DNA of 64,000 nucleotides. It comes from Octopus sinensis. Lineage: Eukaryota. The notes beneath the pieces were generated by a model that did no database searches, was not told the origin of the DNA, and was given only the letters and a program-made list of their open reading frames with translations. Location: NCBI RefSeq assembly GCF_006345805.1, contig NC_043008.1:10354001-10418000 (forward strand), written 5' to 3'. Numbering within the stretch: the first letter of the stretch is position 1; each line of letters opens with the position of its first letter. The position numbers and the translations under genes are program-made. Of the stretch, positions 61,630 to 64,000 are shown piece by piece.

Positions 61630-62000
61630 GTTGGGAGATACCCATACTCACATTCCATGGCCTCAAGACAGCTCCACAAACTGGTGCATGCATTTCTTAC
61701 TGTGTCCCTTGAAAGATTTTTGAACACTTCCTTGATCATGGTTAGCAGATTGGTCTTGGTGCTGCAGTGGGTGTCTTTCTCAACTGTGCCCCGCACATAA
61801 TAATCTGATTGTAAAATTGGGATGAATTAGGAGGCCAGAAATTGGGGCTGGTGAAGCTGTACAAATTCTCCAGCAACCATTTCTAACTTTTTCTGAAGAC
61901 ATGGCAAGGAGTCAAATCCTACTGCTACACATATGGCCTACCAGCAGCAACCCTTTCCATCCAGGGGTTGACCACAATTTTCAGCAGGTTTTAACATAGC
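61630..62000 (-). pseudogene. Second maT-type transposase C-terminal relic
   Basis: VEKDTHCSTKTNLLTMIKEVFKNLSRDTVRNAC, homologous to 58110-58320. Confidence 0.65.
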
Positions 62001-62830
62001 CATCTAGATTGAGTCTACAGCCATGATTATCAGTTGTTGGGTGAATTCTGGTGTGCAGACACTGTCAGAATGCTTGATGGCCACAGCTTCAAGTCACAGT
62101 TGCAGTTGTCCATGTCATGTCTTATAGCCTTTACAGTGTTCATAGAGCATTAAGCAGCAATCATTATGTTGGTATTTTGATATTGTATATCATGATACAG
62201 TAACTCTTTTCCAATATTCAGATGGCTTCCTTGTCAGCTAACTTTTTCTCAACTACTATTTAACTTTATACTCTACAATGCTCCTATTCCTTTAATGCAG
62301 AGCACATAAAACCTTTCTCTAAAATAAGGCCATCTCTTAGCTTTTGGGTGTAGATTGCTCTGTTGTTTTTAAAAATAACAGTATCAATATATTGCTTCTC
62401 AGTTGCACCTTTTTTGGGTGGATCCCAGAGTTTATTGGGTTAAAGGGTTTTCCAGGTGTAGTCCAGAACCAGATAGATCAGGGGTGGGGGGTCTGCTTGA
62501 TAGTGAGTCCATTGTCACGGATGGGGTTAAGACTTTGCCTACAATCACACAGAGAAAAGGAGCAACTGAAAGATTCCAGTTGTTGTTCAAAACACTTTTG
62601 TTGGACTGACTGTGCTTTGCATGAAACTTGATGGGTTTACATACATGGTGGTAATAATTTTGACAATCTCATCTGAGATACTGTAGTGTAACATGGCCTT
62701 TCTGTTGACACTATCAAATGCCTTGGAGAAATCCGCAAATATAATTTGTAGAGTCTGAACTCTTCTATAATTCTTCTAAATGTTAGGATTCATAGTAGTG
62801 TTGATCTGCCTTTGCTGAAGCCATTTTGGT
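62000..62830 (-). pseudogene. RTE-clade RT fragment
   Basis: QNGFSKGRST..ILTFRRIIEE and IFADFSKAFDSVNRKAM motifs. Confidence 0.75.
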
Positions 62831-63616
62831 TCTGTTCTAGGATGGAATTAATCATTGCCATCATCATTTAATGTCCATGGCCCATGCTGGCATGAGTTGG
62901 ATGGTTTGATAAGAACTGATGTATCCAAGGACTGTTTTGATCTCCAATACATTTTTTGGTATGGTGTTTATGGTTGGATGCCTCCTTGATGCTAATATGA
63001 GGAGAGCATAACTTTGTAGATTTTTGAGGCTAGAGGTGGTTGTGTGATTCCTCTGTAGTTCTGAAGCAAGTGAAGATCCTCTTTCTTTGGAAGTGGAATT
63101 CAAGTTAGTTACATATGATAGGAAAACAAGAAATTTTATCAGACAACATTGATTTTGAAAAACTGATCTTAGTTTCGTTTAATTGGTTAGAAATTTGCCA
63201 CATTTACTGAAAATGTCTGTATTTGAGTAAAAAATTGTAGAATAATACACTTTTTATTTTTAAATGTCATTAAACTGATTACAAATTGATTACATACATA
63301 TTCATCTTTTACATTGATATAAAGCATAAATTTATAGGGGGTAATGGGTGTATATTTGATTAAACTGACCTGAGTATATGCATGTAATTTCTTTTTATAT
63401 ACTGAAAAAATAAAGACAAAATTGATTTTATTAGAATTTGAATGGAAAAGAATATGGATGAAAATAAAATCATTCTACTGTCTTCAGCATACGTTTTATT
63501 TCAGAATTTACATTTTTATGTCAATCTTGCTTTTGATGAGTTGGCCAAATATATTATATTCTTTTTTACTAGAAATAATGGCTAAGTCACACTCTACAAT
63601 CTTTGAAAAATCATAC

Positions 63617-63670
63617 TTCAAGTCCTCCAGACCATGTTCTACTGTTTTGAATAAAGTGATTGTGCATAGA
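63617..63670 (-). CDS. Gene 3 candidate upstream exon (phase 0 to 0): SMHNHFIQNSRTWSGGLE
   Basis: TTTTTCTTATTCATAAAG acceptor, GAA|GTATGA donor. The phase-2 frame is also open. Confidence 0.45.
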
Positions 63671-64000
63671 CTTTATGAATAAGAAAAATATGGGATGTTT
63701 GTACCCTTTGATTATATATAGGCCTGCTTGGTCAAAGCTGACCTGGGGTTAAACAACAACAACAACAACAATAATAATTTCTAACCTCAGCTCAAGGCCA
63801 GACATTTTGCAAGTAGGGAAGGACTAAATGAACTCAATTCTTGACTGATATTTTTATTTTATTGACGTTGGTGGATAGACAGGCCAAACTGATCTCAGCA
63901 GGATTTGAACTCAGAACATAATTACAATAATAATTGTTTCTAACATAACAACAACAATAATGATTATGATGATAACAACAACAATGCTTTATTTGAACAA

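Overview
Repeat-dense eukaryotic DNA, almost certainly octopod (Octopus-like), judged from the SINE families and the very high microsatellite load (inference). It contains no prokaryotic features. Most ORF-track entries are microsatellite or TE artefacts. By joining canonical splice sites in phase I find a + strand gene of at least 6 coding exons (12424-48238, introns up to about 17 kb). It encodes the last ~163 aa of an unassigned protein that resembles a degenerate Ras-like fold and ends in a KRVRF PP1-docking-type motif. There is also the probable start of a second + gene (56084-56526) and the 3' end of a - strand gene (63670-60273). The rest is tRNA-derived SINEs, CR1-, RTE- and Penelope-type retroelement relics, mariner/maT/Merlin/Ginger-type DNA elements and non-autonomous Helitrons. 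Highlights: (1) a hammerhead ribozyme with an intact catalytic core at 1936-1997 plus a decayed one at 57836-57870; (2) SINE dimers and trimers that share a fixed junction and sit inside a single target-site duplication; (3) an Hsmar1-like mariner with the same CpG-decay D-to-N change as human SETMAR; (4) a Ginger-like 118-bp foldback element; (5) an in-frame triplicated splice-donor-like repeat.
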